NCBI GenBank assembly: GCA_945881835.1
Contig: CAMCVP010000005.1
Location: 62,948 to 126,947 of the forward strand
DNA length: 64,000 nt
Origin: Chryseobacterium gleum
GTDB lineage: Bacteria; Bacteroidota; Bacteroidia; Flavobacteriales_D; Sanyastnellaceae
Direction: 5' to 3'
Shown: piece after piece, positions 46,817 through 57,067 of the stretch
Position numbering within the stretch: the first letter of the stretch is position 1
Layout of the letters: each line of letters starts with the position of its first letter
Position numbers and translations under genes: made by a program
The notes under the pieces: generated by a model
The model's database searches: none
What the model was told of the DNA's origin: nothing
Seen by the model: only the letters and a program-made list of their open reading frames with translations

Positions 46817-48232
46817 TTAACGTCTTTTCAGCCAAAGCTCTGGGTTCTGCGGCACCCATCCGGCTTCTGAAACTTTTCCTAATTCAAAGTGAAGCACGTA
46901 CCCTTCACCATTGTCGGCGACATTACCGATTTTATCTTTTGTGTTCACCTTCGAACCCACAGAAACATATACGTTCTGCAATCCGCTGTACACCGTCTTG
47001 TATGCTCCATGGGTAACAATGACATTCATTCCAGCACCTTGAATATTGAAGACACTGGTAACGGTTCCATTGAAAACCGTATAGATTTCTGCGTTCGCCG
47101 AAGTAATAAAGTCGATTCCTTTATTATTCACTTCAATTCCTGCTATGCTTTCGTGTGCATGCCTTCCGAACTTCGAGCCTATAGCGCCAGAAGGAACAGG
47201 CCAAGGCAAGCTTCCCTTGTTTTGCTCGAAAACCGTATTTGCTAATACAACTTCCGGAGCACTTTCCAATTTTGGAGCTGCAATTTCAATGGGCTTTGTC
47301 CCAGACGTAACCGGTGTATTTGTTTTTACAGGAGCCGCCGCTCCTGTGGCGTTCGCTGAAGCATTGTTTGACGCTGTGGCATTGGCAGCCGCTCTGCGTT
47401 GCTCTTCTTTTCTCTTTTCTTCCGCTAAGCGTGCCTTCTCTGCCTCTTGCTTTCGAATACGCTCGTTCTCTGCAGCAATTTCTTGTCGAACCACTTCTTC
47501 AATTTTCGCTGTCAATTGTCGACGCTCCAATTCTTTTTGACGTTGAACTTCACGCAATTTTCCTTCTTCCGATTTAAGCGCTGATAATTTTTCTTGCTGC
47601 TGAATTTTGTTCTGCGCAATCTCATTGCGCTCATTGATTTCATCGTTCGACAGCGTCAACTTCGTTTGCTTGTTTCCTTCCAACATGGAAATATTCTCTG
47701 CAATTTCCAATTGCGTGTCTTTCATTTGCTGTGCATGAAACTTTCTATTTTCCGCGTACTGCTTCAAAAGCTGTACACGCTTTACAGCCTGAAAGAAATC
47801 GGAGGACGATAAAACAAACGCCAACTTCGAGTATGATGATCGCTGCTTGTAACTGTTGTAAATCATCTTGGCGTATTCCGATTTCAAATCTTGAATACTC
47901 GCTTCCAGTTCAACCACTTTTCCTTCGCCCCTTCTGATCTCACCATCGATAGTTCCCACCTCCGCATTAATAGATCGGATGAGCTCTTCACGCAGGCGAA
48001 TCTGTTCGTTTAGCAAAGACAACTCTGCTGAGGCGTTTCGCTGATCAGCTTGGTATTCTTTAATCAACTGCTTGGTTCGCGCTATTTCTTCGTTAAGCTC
48101 GCTCCTTCTCGAGGTGAGCTCAGCCTTCTTCGTTTGTGCGAATACCCACTGAAAGGTCATTCCTGAACAAACAAGAATCAGCACCAAAAGAGCATACGAA
48201 ACATGTGATTTATTCAGCTTTCTTAAACTCAT
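46817..48232 (-). CDS. EnvC-like murein hydrolase activator (coiled coil + degenerate LytM/M23 domain)
   Basis: Signal/TM, a ~250-aa coiled coil, an Ala/Asn-rich linker and a C-terminal LytM domain. In that domain HxxxD reads NKGID and HxH reads VLH, so the catalytic His residues are missing as in E. coli EnvC/NlpD. Confidence 0.8.
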   Translation of the reverse strand: MSLRKLNKSHVSYALLVLILVCSGMTFQWVFAQTKKAELTSRRSELNEEIARTKQLIKEYQADQRNASAELSLLNEQIRLREELIRSINAEVGTIDGEIRRGEGKVVELEASIQDLKSEYAKMIYNSYKQRSSYSKLAFVLSSSDFFQAVKRVQLLKQYAENRKFHAQQMKDTQLEIAENISMLEGNKQTKLTLSNDEINERNEIAQNKIQQQEKLSALKSEEGKLREVQRQKELERRQLTAKIEEVVRQEIAAENERIRKQEAEKARLAEEKRKEEQRRAAANATASNNASANATGAAAPVKTNTPVTSGTKPIEIAAPKLESAPEVVLANTVFEQNKGSLPWPVPSGAIGSKFGRHAHESIAGIEVNNKGIDFITSANAEIYTVFNGTVTSVFNIQGAGMNVIVTHGAYKTVYSGLQNVYVSVGSKVNTKDKIGNVADNGEGYVLHFELGKVSEAGWVPQNPELWLKRR

Positions 48233-49098
48233 TTCCTTTTGATTGGATAGTCCTTGTCGTAGTCGAACGTGAAATCGTAATGATTTTGTGTATTCAATCG
48301 CACAATTTTAAAGTCAAGTGAGGTCTTACCTTTCACATCATCTATTTGAATGCTGCATTTGTGCGGATAATGCGAAACATCTTCTTCATCGAATTCAGAA
48401 TAATTAATTTGAACCATACGCTTAGTGCGAAGGTCGGTCAATTCACATTTTGCGATTTTGTAGAAATTCGATTCAATCCAAAACTTAGATGAAATCCAAT
48501 CGTTATCTTCTAACCGCTTCGGTACTCTTCTTCCTTCGCGAATGGCCAATGTATCTTGATCTTCTGAAGCTCTTCTGACGCGTCGAGACATACGCGAAAT
48601 CAAGGTGTAATATTCCACATCTAGTTTCTCAATTCCACTTTTCATACGACCTTCCTCGCGGCTTAATCCAATTGGATTTCCAATTAATAAATCTTGAAGC
48701 GTTGAGAGGTCCAAGTCAATTTTCGCTAGATCTGAAAGTTGACTCACAGAACCCAGGAATACATATCTGTCGCCGGGTATATCTGAAACCATTTTCAAGC
48801 TGTCTTTGTCTACCAATAAACGAAGCACCTCGATTCCCAATGCTGGACTTACACTCACAGATACCGCGCTATCCTTGCGCATGCGAACTGTGGCTTTAAA
48901 TCCTTGTTGCTCTTCGCCGCTTGTAAATTCAGCGTCGAGCTTCATGCCTAACCAATCAAATTCGAATTTGTTTTTATCGATATGACGCGTTAAAAAAGCC
49001 TGAGTCCTCTCCTTCAAAGGTTCTTGAGTGACTACAACCTCCTTGCTTTTGCAAGCAAAAAAGAACGGGACAAATAGAATGACTAGATATTTATTCAA
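48229..49098 (-). CDS. Lipoprotein (DUF4292/LolB-like by size and context)
   Basis: Lipobox FFFAC. The start is apparently TTG (no in-frame ATG before the signal peptide). The gene overlaps both neighbours (8 nt and 4 nt). Confidence 0.55.
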   Translation of the reverse strand: MNKYLVILFVPFFFACKSKEVVVTQEPLKERTQAFLTRHIDKNKFEFDWLGMKLDAEFTSGEEQQGFKATVRMRKDSAVSVSVSPALGIEVLRLLVDKDSLKMVSDIPGDRYVFLGSVSQLSDLAKIDLDLSTLQDLLIGNPIGLSREEGRMKSGIEKLDVEYYTLISRMSRRVRRASEDQDTLAIREGRRVPKRLEDNDWISSKFWIESNFYKIAKCELTDLRTKRMVQINYSEFDEEDVSHYPHKCSIQIDDVKGKTSLDFKIVRLNTQNHYDFTFDYDKDYPIKRK

Positions 49099-50788
49099 TG
49101 AATTTCTTTTGATTAACTTTTTCTTTCAATTTTGAATGAGTTGGATTCAAAGTCAGCGCTTTGCTCCAGCATTCAAGGGCCTTCGCTTCGTTGCCTAACA
49201 AGAAATAGGTGTCGCCCAAATGTTCCCAAATCTCCTGATCAGTCTTCAGTATTCCTACTGCAATTTCAAGTTGCACCAACGCATTCTGATATTGTTTCTT
49301 TTGAAACAATACAAATCCATACGTGTCTAAATAAATAGCGTTATTGGGTTGCATAGAAACGGCATATTGAATAATACCTAAGGCCTTATCTAACTGCACT
49401 TTTTTCAGAGCGAGATAATACGCGTAATTGTTAAGCCCTGTTGCATTATCTGGATTTTGAATCAATGCTTGCTCAAACGAATTCTGGCATTCTGTCCAGT
49501 TGTCTGTCTTGAAATAAACACTTCCTAACGAAGAATAAAACTGAGAAAGGAGTTCTGGATTTTCTATTACTAGATCTCTTCCCGTTGAGAGCAACTCCAA
49601 CGACTTCGTGTAATCTTGTAATTTGAGATAACCCAAGCCGGCGTAGTAATACACTTCCGCATCTGTAGGATATAATTCTATGGCTTCGTTCGCATACTTC
49701 ACTAAATCATTCCACTTGCGTTGTTGCTTTTGATTTTCCAACAAAAATTGCCAAACCAACAAATCGCTTTTGTACAAATCAAGAGCAAGCTTCAGCATTT
49801 CTTCTTGTCTAACGTAATTCTCTTGATGGTTGGCAATAAAAGAAAGCTGCACCAAGCACTGGTATTCCGATTTGAATTGATTGAATGTCATATCAAATAT
49901 TTCCCACAAAGGCTTCAAGAATTTATTATCGTGAACCACAAGCTCTTCATACTTCTTCAAAACGTCAATGGCATCGTACCAACCTAAATCTCCAGATTTG
50001 ATGGACCTCTTGAGCATCTCGTAACTCTTTGCATCGTTCCCTGCGGTAGCCAATTCTCCGCTCTCTTCTAAAAGTAGTTTTCCGTTGTTTGGAATAACAT
50101 CCTTCATGTGCTTTAGCCATAGCGAAGCTTCGTCGTTCAACTTATTTTCACGATAAAACTCGAGCAGGTAAAAATAATAGGCATCTTCAACTTTATTTTT
50201 CTTTTCGAAATCTTCTAAGACCATCCCGGCTTCTTTGAGCTTTCCTTGCAAGCTCAAAAGTTCAAATCGTTTCTTTGCAATGTCTTCGTCTTCGCCCTGG
50301 ATAGCAGCGAGACGTGCCAAGACTATTGAAGCCTGATTCGAATCGAAGTTTCCAATTACACTTAAGTACTCATTCAAAATTGGAACAGGATTCGAGCTAT
50401 ACTTAACTGCAAGATCGAAGTTCTTGATTCCTTCCTTAATGTTCCCTGAATACACTTCGTAGTAACCCAAGTCTTTCAAATACCAAGGATTGTTGGGCTC
50501 CATTTCAACAGCTGTCTCAATGTGTTCCTTCCCCATTTTTTCATATTTCGGAAGTTGAGAGCACAATTTTGAAATTTCATAGTGAGCAGCACTTACCTGC
50601 TCATATTTCAAAGCAGTGTTGAAGTAGTTAATGGCAATTTCAAAATTGCCAGCCATCTTCGCCTTTTCTCCTTCATAAAAGTACTGCTGAAACTTCGCGT
50701 GATTCTCATCGGTCACAACAGCAGTCTTCGTTGTTCCGCAAGCAGCAAGAACAATTACAGAGAAAAGAAAAAAGATTTTTTTAGTCAT
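49091..50788 (-). CDS. Tetratricopeptide-repeat lipoprotein
   Basis: Lipobox VLAAC and many TPR-like units (e.g. AINYFNTALKYEQ, ALECWSKALTLNPTHS). ATG 50788 overlaps the upstream stop by 8 nt. Confidence 0.75.
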   Translation of the reverse strand: MTKKIFFLFSVIVLAACGTTKTAVVTDENHAKFQQYFYEGEKAKMAGNFEIAINYFNTALKYEQVSAAHYEISKLCSQLPKYEKMGKEHIETAVEMEPNNPWYLKDLGYYEVYSGNIKEGIKNFDLAVKYSSNPVPILNEYLSVIGNFDSNQASIVLARLAAIQGEDEDIAKKRFELLSLQGKLKEAGMVLEDFEKKNKVEDAYYFYLLEFYRENKLNDEASLWLKHMKDVIPNNGKLLLEESGELATAGNDAKSYEMLKRSIKSGDLGWYDAIDVLKKYEELVVHDNKFLKPLWEIFDMTFNQFKSEYQCLVQLSFIANHQENYVRQEEMLKLALDLYKSDLLVWQFLLENQKQQRKWNDLVKYANEAIELYPTDAEVYYYAGLGYLKLQDYTKSLELLSTGRDLVIENPELLSQFYSSLGSVYFKTDNWTECQNSFEQALIQNPDNATGLNNYAYYLALKKVQLDKALGIIQYAVSMQPNNAIYLDTYGFVLFQKKQYQNALVQLEIAVGILKTDQEIWEHLGDTYFLLGNEAKALECWSKALTLNPTHSKLKEKVNQKKFIE

Positions 50789-51782
50789 TGATGTGAATGG
50801 AATTGTAAGAACCCAAATCAAGCACACCGCTCACACCCGTCATTTGACAATACTCATCGATTAATGAATTTGTAAGCTGACAGTTCTCAATTTTACAATT
50901 CGATTCTATGGAAGTGCTTTCAAGTTTTGAATTCACGATGGAAACGTTGCTGGCAATGCTAACGTTCGGACCAACTATAGAATTGTGAAGAACGACGTTA
51001 TTCCCGAAATAACACGGCTCAATAATTTTCGAATCACCTTCCAACTGAACGTTATGGTTTTGTGGTAGTCTAGAAACAACTGATACCATTGTCTCAACGA
51101 CAGCCTTTTTGTTCCCGCAATCCATCCACTCGTTCACTTCACCCGGAACGAACTTGGCTCCCTGTTTCATCATGTTGCGCATAGCATCTGGCAATTGGTA
51201 TTCGCCGCCGTTCATGATGTTATTGTCCAGTAAATATTGAAGTTCACGCTTTAACCATTCGCCATCTTTGAAATAATAAATTCCAATCATGGCTAAATCT
51301 GAAACGAACTCTTGTGGTTTTTCTTGGAAGGAAACAATGGTTCCTTCGGCATTCAATTCAACTACACCAAACTGACGAGGATCTTCGATTTTCTTCACCC
51401 ACAAAACACCGTCTGCGTTTGGGTCTAGTTTAAAATCGGCACGGAACAACGTATCTGCGAAAGCCACCGTAACGGGTCCTCTCAAAGCAGATTCAGCGCA
51501 CATAATGGCATGAGCTGTTCCTAGCGCTTGGTCTTGGTAATGAATGGTTCCCTTCGCACCCAATTGTTCAGCCAAGGCAATTAAATGATTTTCTACATCT
51601 TTGCCGAATCTTCCGATTACGAATGCAATCTCTTCAACCTTTTCAGTTTGAATGGAAACAATATCCTCTACAAGTCTTTGTACAATTGGCTTTTCAGCAA
51701 TTCTAACAAGTGGCTTAGGGGTTACAAGAGTGTGCGGACGTAATCGCTTACCCATACCCGCCATTGGAATAACAATCCTCAT
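50781..51782 (-). CDS. Sugar-phosphate nucleotidyltransferase with C-terminal left-handed beta-helix
   Basis: The N-terminus MRIVIPMAGMGKRLRP (GxGxRL) is followed by hexapeptide-like repeats (NVSIASNVSIVNSKLESTSIESNCKIENC). Confidence 0.8.
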   Translation of the reverse strand: MRIVIPMAGMGKRLRPHTLVTPKPLVRIAEKPIVQRLVEDIVSIQTEKVEEIAFVIGRFGKDVENHLIALAEQLGAKGTIHYQDQALGTAHAIMCAESALRGPVTVAFADTLFRADFKLDPNADGVLWVKKIEDPRQFGVVELNAEGTIVSFQEKPQEFVSDLAMIGIYYFKDGEWLKRELQYLLDNNIMNGGEYQLPDAMRNMMKQGAKFVPGEVNEWMDCGNKKAVVETMVSVVSRLPQNHNVQLEGDSKIIEPCYFGNNVVLHNSIVGPNVSIASNVSIVNSKLESTSIESNCKIENCQLTNSLIDEYCQMTGVSGVLDLGSYNSIHIND

Positions 51783-51811
51783 TTTTCAAATTTTATATCT
51801 AACAAAAGAAA

Positions 51812-51840
51812 GCAAAAAGGCCGAAATCTTTTCGGCCTTC
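51812..51840 (-). terminator. Rho-independent terminator after dut
   Basis: Stem aaggccgaa (51817-51825) / ttcggcctt (51831-51839). The minus-strand tail is tttttgc. Confidence 0.75.
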
Positions 51841-51873
51841 TAATGAAGTAATGAACATTTGAAATTGAATGAA

Positions 51874-52308
51874 TTATTTCACGCCTGTGCTGCCGAATCC
51901 ACCAGCACCTCTTTCACTTTCCGAAAGTGAATCTTGCTCTGCCCATTCCACTTGTTCGTGCTTAGCTACTACCATCTGCGCAATGCGTTCTCCTGGTTCA
52001 ACAACGAATACTTCATTCGACAAATTGACCAACAAAACTTTGATCTCTCCCCGGTAATCGGCATCGATGGTTCCGGGTGTATTCAACACCGTAATTCCGT
52101 TCTTGAATGCAAGGCCACTTCGCGGACGAATTTGCGCTTCAACACCAACAGGCAATTCCATGAACAATCCGGTTGGAACCAACACTCTTTCGAGTGATTT
52201 CAATTCAATGGATTCTTCAATATTTGCGCGAAGATCTAATCCCGCTGCATGCGCCGTAGCGTAGGCTGGAGCTGGATACTTCGATTTATTTACTAAGGCT
52301 ACTTTCAT
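51874..52308 (-). CDS. dut: dUTP diphosphatase
   Basis: [23 protein letters not shown] and a C-terminal GGFGSTG motif. Confidence 0.95.
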   Translation of the reverse strand: MKVALVNKSKYPAPAYATAHAAGLDLRANIEESIELKSLERVLVPTGLFMELPVGVEAQIRPRSGLAFKNGITVLNTPGTIDADYRGEIKVLLVNLSNEVFVVEPGERIAQMVVAKHEQVEWAEQDSLSESERGAGGFGSTGVK

Positions 52309-53090
52309 TATTTACCTGTGAAAGTTGGTTTGCGTTTTTCCATGAAAGCAGTTGTTCCTTCTTTGAAATCTTCTGTTCCGAAACACTTTCCGAACTCTTC
52401 TGCTTCTGCTTTCAATCCAATAGCTTCGCTATCAAATCCAGCTTGTACCGCGCGTAAAGCACTTGATATTGCTGAAGGAGAAAGCTTTTCAATCTTTCCT
52501 GCTAAATCTGTCGTGAACTGCATCAATGCTTCCAATTCCACAACATGATTCACCAATCCCCATTGCAATGCGTCTGCTGCTGAAAGTCTTCCAGCAGTTA
52601 CAATTAGCTCGGTAGCTTTTCCTCTTCCAACTAAACGTGGCAAACGTTGTGTTCCGCCATACCCAGGAATGACACCCAACGAAACTTCAGGTAATCCCAT
52701 GACTGCATTCGAAGAGGCCACACGCATGTGACAGCTCATGGCCAACTCCAATCCACCGCCGAACGCATATCCGTTTACGGCAGCAATTACAGGTGTGTTC
52801 AAACGCTCCACAAAATTGAATAACTGTTCGTGTCCCAACAGCGAAAGCTCCTTTCCTTGTTCAACAGAAAAACTTGCGAATTCTTTAATGTCTGCACCCG
52901 CTACGAAGGCCTTCTCTCCTGCGCCAGTTAAGATAATTGCACGCACGTGCTCATCTGCTTCAGCATCTGCGAAAGCCGTGTGAAGCTCTTCAATGGTAGC
53001 CTTGTTCAAGGCGTTCATTTGATCGGGTCTGTTTATGGTAATGATGCGCGTTGCACCAATGTTTTCGAGAAGTAAAAATTGAAATGACAT
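52308..53090 (-). CDS. Enoyl-CoA hydratase/isomerase family protein
   Basis: Crotonase blocks [25 protein letters not shown] and [17 protein letters not shown]. The start is ATG 53090; the track start at 53243 would overlap the upstream 1295-aa gene. Confidence 0.9.
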   Translation of the reverse strand: MSFQFLLLENIGATRIITINRPDQMNALNKATIEELHTAFADAEADEHVRAIILTGAGEKAFVAGADIKEFASFSVEQGKELSLLGHEQLFNFVERLNTPVIAAVNGYAFGGGLELAMSCHMRVASSNAVMGLPEVSLGVIPGYGGTQRLPRLVGRGKATELIVTAGRLSAADALQWGLVNHVVELEALMQFTTDLAGKIEKLSPSAISSALRAVQAGFDSEAIGLKAEAEEFGKCFGTEDFKEGTTAFMEKRKPTFTGK

Positions 53091-53125
53091 GGTAAATTGT
53101 TTCTGCGAATTTATTCCAAAAGCGA

Positions 53126-56100
53126 CTAACGAATCACAGTTACGTGTCCAATTAATTCTTGTCTTCGTTCCAACGAGTCGAACGTTAGCTTCCAAGTATA
53201 GACATCGTTCGGAACAAAGTAGCCCTTGTATCCCGCTAACCACGGCTCATTCGGATTATTCGTTTCGAAAATCAAGATTCCCCAACGATCGAAAATTTGA
53301 AGATGGAATCCGGTTAAATTTTCACCCACCACAAAGAAGACATCATTCAAACCATCGCCATTTGGCGTAATTGCGTTGGGAACATATACCGGGAAATATG
53401 GACGAACATATACCGAATCGATTCCCACACAACCGGTGTTGTTTGCGGTTGTCAAATAGTACCAAGTCGGTTCAGCAGGAACGGCCGTTGGATAAGGGCA
53501 GTCAGTGCAAGAGAGTCCATTTGACGGAGACCAATTGTAATTCAAACCGAATGTATTTCCGAATAACGTCGTGTTTCCCGGATAATCGAAGTACTGATCT
53601 GGGCCCGCATCAACTTCTGGCAATTGAAGAATATTCATGTACAACGAATCAGTGTCGGTACATCCGTTCACGTCTGTTCCAACTACAGTTATCCATTGCG
53701 AAAACGGTGCATTCGCTAACGTTGAACTTGCAGAAGCATTGACGACACTGCTGTACGGTAACCACGAATAAAAGTCAGCGCCAAATGCTTCAATCGGATA
53801 GTACTCGCCCAGGCAAACGGTTCCACCTTCGGAAGCCACTACATTCAATTCAATAACATTGACCGACACTTCAGAATTACCAGCTCCGCAAGCGTTGGTA
53901 ATAGCCACGTTGTAGGTTATTGAATTACTTGGTGAAGCAATCGGATTCTGAATTGTGGTTGAATTCAATCCGGCTGAAGGTGACCATGAATAAGTCAGTC
54001 CTTCTTCCGATTGCAAAACAACGCTTTCTCCCAAACACAAATCTATCGTTGGATAAGTCACACCTCCCGGGACAGACTGTTCAACAAAAACAAAACAGCT
54101 ATCGGTGGCCATGCATCCTTCGGGCGTTGTAATCGTAACGAAAAATTGTTCATCAACGGCAGGAGTTGCCACGGTTGCAGCAGTGTTCAATGAACTTAAT
54201 GAAGGACTCGCTTGCCATGCATAGCTTGCGCCGCCCGATGCCGTTAGCGGCTGCGAATCGCCGATGCAAATGGTGTAATCGGGACCTGCTTCAGCAACCG
54301 GAATAATCACATTGACATAAACCCCAACCGTATCGCTTCCACACGCATTGAAATCAGAAACATAATAGGTTGTTGAATTTGCAGGGGTTGCTATTGCTGT
54401 GTTTCCATTCACGTTGGACAGCGTGGCATTATTCAACCAGAATATATTATTGGAGCCCGTTGCATTCAAGGTCACTGATTCTCCGACACACAGTGGATTT
54501 ACAGAAGCTATAGTCGGCGGAGTAAAATCAATGATTTGAAGATTCACAGTTGCGGTATCCGATACATAGCAATCGTTAATGTCAGAAGCAATCATAGAAA
54601 CCGTTACGTTTCCAACTGTGTTAAATACGTGGTTGGGTTGGAAAGCCGTGCTCGTTTGTCCGTCTCCGAAATTCCAGATGAAATCGGACGCATTCTGCGT
54701 TCCATTGGTGAATTGCGCTAGGCTTCCAACGCAAATTTGAGAAGGCCCTTGAACATTCGCTACAGCCTCCAATTGTCCGAGATCGAAACGAAAAACAGCG
54801 AGATTACATCCGAAACTGTTGTTTGTTGAAGACCACGCTCCAGGGGTTGTTGGAAAATCATCGTTGTTCTGACAACCCGCGCAGACGGCTTGATACACAG
54901 ATCCGCTTTTATCGAAACGCGATGTTCCTCCGTCTACGTGTTCCGCACTTGAACTACCACCGAGAAAAGAACCGTAAACGAGTTGCGTAGCATCTGCATT
55001 CAAAACAGCTAAATAGAAATCGCTGCCATCGGTAGTAGATTGAAATGCATCTGCGGTAATGGGTAAGTTATTTGTTGTGCTGTTGTAGGCAAGACATGTC
55101 AATGCGGGACACGTTAATGAATTGGTATGTCCACCCCAACCGCTGAAATAAATCTGATTGCAATCGCTCACTAAAAAAGCAGTGGGAGAAATATCAATCT
55201 CACCGCTGCCTGTTCCAATGGTGGTGTTCCAGTTGAGTGTGCCTAAAGTTGAATTGTATTTGCGAATGAATTGTCCACTGTTTGGTTGTCCGTATAACCC
55301 AGGTGTGATGCTCATGCTCCCTGTTGTTTGTCCCAAACAATAAATGTTATCATTCAAATCTGTTTGAAGAAAATACACTTGATCGTACTCTCCTGTTCCG
55401 ACGAACGTTCCTGATGTTACATTGAAATTTACAGGATCAATTTTTAGAATGAATCCGTCTGTAGCCCCGTTCCAATTCGAATCTTCTCCGCCTGAACAGA
55501 AAGGGAAATTTTGACTCTTGGTTCCTCCAGCAACGAGAATGGCGCCGTCGTTCGCGAACTCTAACGAATAGATGGCATCGGCCGCAGACCCTCCAATGTA
55601 TGTAGACCACAGCAACATGCTTAAGCTCGAATTAAACTTTGCAATGTAGCCGTCGCTATCCCCTCCCCCATAATTCGTTTGAATGGACCCTCCGGCTAAA
55701 TCGGCATTACCTCGCACACAAGAACCAATAAAAATATTGTTGTTTGCGTCGATATTTACCACACCTCGAAATGCATCGCCGTAGTTGTAAAACAATTCAT
55801 TGGCGTAATTCAAACCATCATTAGACGCGTCGCCTAAAAAAGTTGACCCCGCTAAAGTTCCGCTCGCGTTGAATTTCGATATGAAAAAATCACATCCATC
55901 TGGATGTCCACTTGTAAAAAACGAGGACATCATTAACGGAGCTCCACCGCTGAATAAGGGTTGGAAAGTTCCCAAAGTTGTAGGGAAGTCGCTACTTCCG
56001 GTTACACCAAAAACGATAATGCGATCGAGGTTATCTACCACAACCGAGTGTGGAGTTTCTTGATGAAGCCCACCAATGTATGTGCTGTATAAAAGTCCAG

Positions 56101-57013
56101 ACCCAGTAGCATCGAATTTCGAAATGGCTACATCGAAATAATTTCCTGTTGTCGGATTAAAAGTTGTGGAATATGCGTTGGCGGTTGTTGGGTAATTGTT
56201 CGCGAACACACTCGCTCCTGAAACCAAATTTCCATTCAAATCGTCACATGCGGTGAAACCGAAATTATTCGCTGAAGAGCCTATGAATGTTGAGAATGCA
56301 ATTTCGGGATCAATGACAAGCGCGAAGCTCGAATCGTATTCTCCCAACACAAATTGGACTCGATTTCCATTCAACACATATTCACATTTCACTTCAAATA
56401 AATGTCCGTTTATCGATTGAAATGCGAAGGGCCTCGACTCGTAAATTCTTCCAAGCCCATGATGCGTTATAAGGTTTCCGGAAGTGTCTAATTCCAACTT
56501 TAACGAATCATGATTATGCCAAGAAATTAGATTCGGATTGGCATGGGGTTGAAGTTCAAACTGATACTTAATGGTTTTCGATTTACCCAATAAGCGCAGG
56601 TTAATTCCATCGTAAACATTTTGAAAATTGATGTTTTGAAAACGTTTCACATGTGAACTCCAGTTCGTAGAATCGGATCCTAGGTAGTAATTGAAATATC
56701 CGGGTAAATCGTCATGTTCTTCAGCCAAATTCAAACTCGCATTTTCCAATTGTTGAAGGAAGAACAAAGTAACCGTTGAATCGGGAAGAACGTTGGGCTC
56801 ATGATCGGGAATGAAAATGGTTGAATCGAAGAGCTGATAAGCGAATCCGTTGTTTTGTATCCAGAACGAACCACCAGGAATTTCTGCTTTGTATCTGACT
56901 TGCGCTGGCCATTGGCCTTTGTTATGAATGAAAGAAATTTGCGAAGAGACAATCGCTGGCAAACCCGCCAGAAAAATCAGAATAAATAAAAGTGCTCTTC
57001 GATGGGGAAACAT
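53126..57013 (-). CDS. Large secreted beta-propeller/PKD/Ig-repeat protein with type-B T9SS C-terminal sorting domain
   Basis: Signal peptide. SBBP-like repeats (DVAISKFDATGSGLLYSTYIGG, DGYIAKFNSSLSMLLWSTYIGGS, DFYLAVLNADATQLVYGSFLGGS). PKD block (WNFGDGQTS...HVF...G). C-terminus VPNAITPNGDGLNDVF...IFDRWG...W.G matches the gliding-associated CTD. Confidence 0.85.
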   Translation of the reverse strand: MFPHRRALLFILIFLAGLPAIVSSQISFIHNKGQWPAQVRYKAEIPGGSFWIQNNGFAYQLFDSTIFIPDHEPNVLPDSTVTLFFLQQLENASLNLAEEHDDLPGYFNYYLGSDSTNWSSHVKRFQNINFQNVYDGINLRLLGKSKTIKYQFELQPHANPNLISWHNHDSLKLELDTSGNLITHHGLGRIYESRPFAFQSINGHLFEVKCEYVLNGNRVQFVLGEYDSSFALVIDPEIAFSTFIGSSANNFGFTACDDLNGNLVSGASVFANNYPTTANAYSTTFNPTTGNYFDVAISKFDATGSGLLYSTYIGGLHQETPHSVVVDNLDRIIVFGVTGSSDFPTTLGTFQPLFSGGAPLMMSSFFTSGHPDGCDFFISKFNASGTLAGSTFLGDASNDGLNYANELFYNYGDAFRGVVNIDANNNIFIGSCVRGNADLAGGSIQTNYGGGDSDGYIAKFNSSLSMLLWSTYIGGSAADAIYSLEFANDGAILVAGGTKSQNFPFCSGGEDSNWNGATDGFILKIDPVNFNVTSGTFVGTGEYDQVYFLQTDLNDNIYCLGQTTGSMSITPGLYGQPNSGQFIRKYNSTLGTLNWNTTIGTGSGEIDISPTAFLVSDCNQIYFSGWGGHTNSLTCPALTCLAYNSTTNNLPITADAFQSTTDGSDFYLAVLNADATQLVYGSFLGGSSSAEHVDGGTSRFDKSGSVYQAVCAGCQNNDDFPTTPGAWSSTNNSFGCNLAVFRFDLGQLEAVANVQGPSQICVGSLAQFTNGTQNASDFIWNFGDGQTSTAFQPNHVFNTVGNVTVSMIASDINDCYVSDTATVNLQIIDFTPPTIASVNPLCVGESVTLNATGSNNIFWLNNATLSNVNGNTAIATPANSTTYYVSDFNACGSDTVGVYVNVIIPVAEAGPDYTICIGDSQPLTASGGASYAWQASPSLSSLNTAATVATPAVDEQFFVTITTPEGCMATDSCFVFVEQSVPGGVTYPTIDLCLGESVVLQSEEGLTYSWSPSAGLNSTTIQNPIASPSNSITYNVAITNACGAGNSEVSVNVIELNVVASEGGTVCLGEYYPIEAFGADFYSWLPYSSVVNASASSTLANAPFSQWITVVGTDVNGCTDTDSLYMNILQLPEVDAGPDQYFDYPGNTTLFGNTFGLNYNWSPSNGLSCTDCPYPTAVPAEPTWYYLTTANNTGCVGIDSVYVRPYFPVYVPNAITPNGDGLNDVFFVVGENLTGFHLQIFDRWGILIFETNNPNEPWLAGYKGYFVPNDVYTWKLTFDSLERRQELIGHVTVIR

Positions 57014-57067
57014 GGTCTTCGAAGATAAGACTACTTCCTAAGACAATGCGTTGCTTTTCAACAAAAA

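Noticed and set aside
47145-47577. Plus-strand ORFs (131 and 87 aa) antisense to the EnvC-like gene
   Set aside because: They arise from the Ala/Glu/Arg/Lys-rich coiled-coil and linker coding sequence, which is stop-poor on the opposite strand.
53091-53243. N-terminal extension of the enoyl-CoA hydratase ORF overlapping the 3-prime end of the 1295-aa gene
   Set aside because: The crotonase fold starts at [12 protein letters not shown] (ATG 53090). The extension has no homology-like features and would overlap the upstream gene by 118 nt.
53371-53742. 123-aa ORF antisense to the T9SS cargo gene (and similar ORFs at 53920-54193, 55869-56420)
   Set aside because: They are embedded in a long, well-supported ORF whose domain structure is continuous across them.
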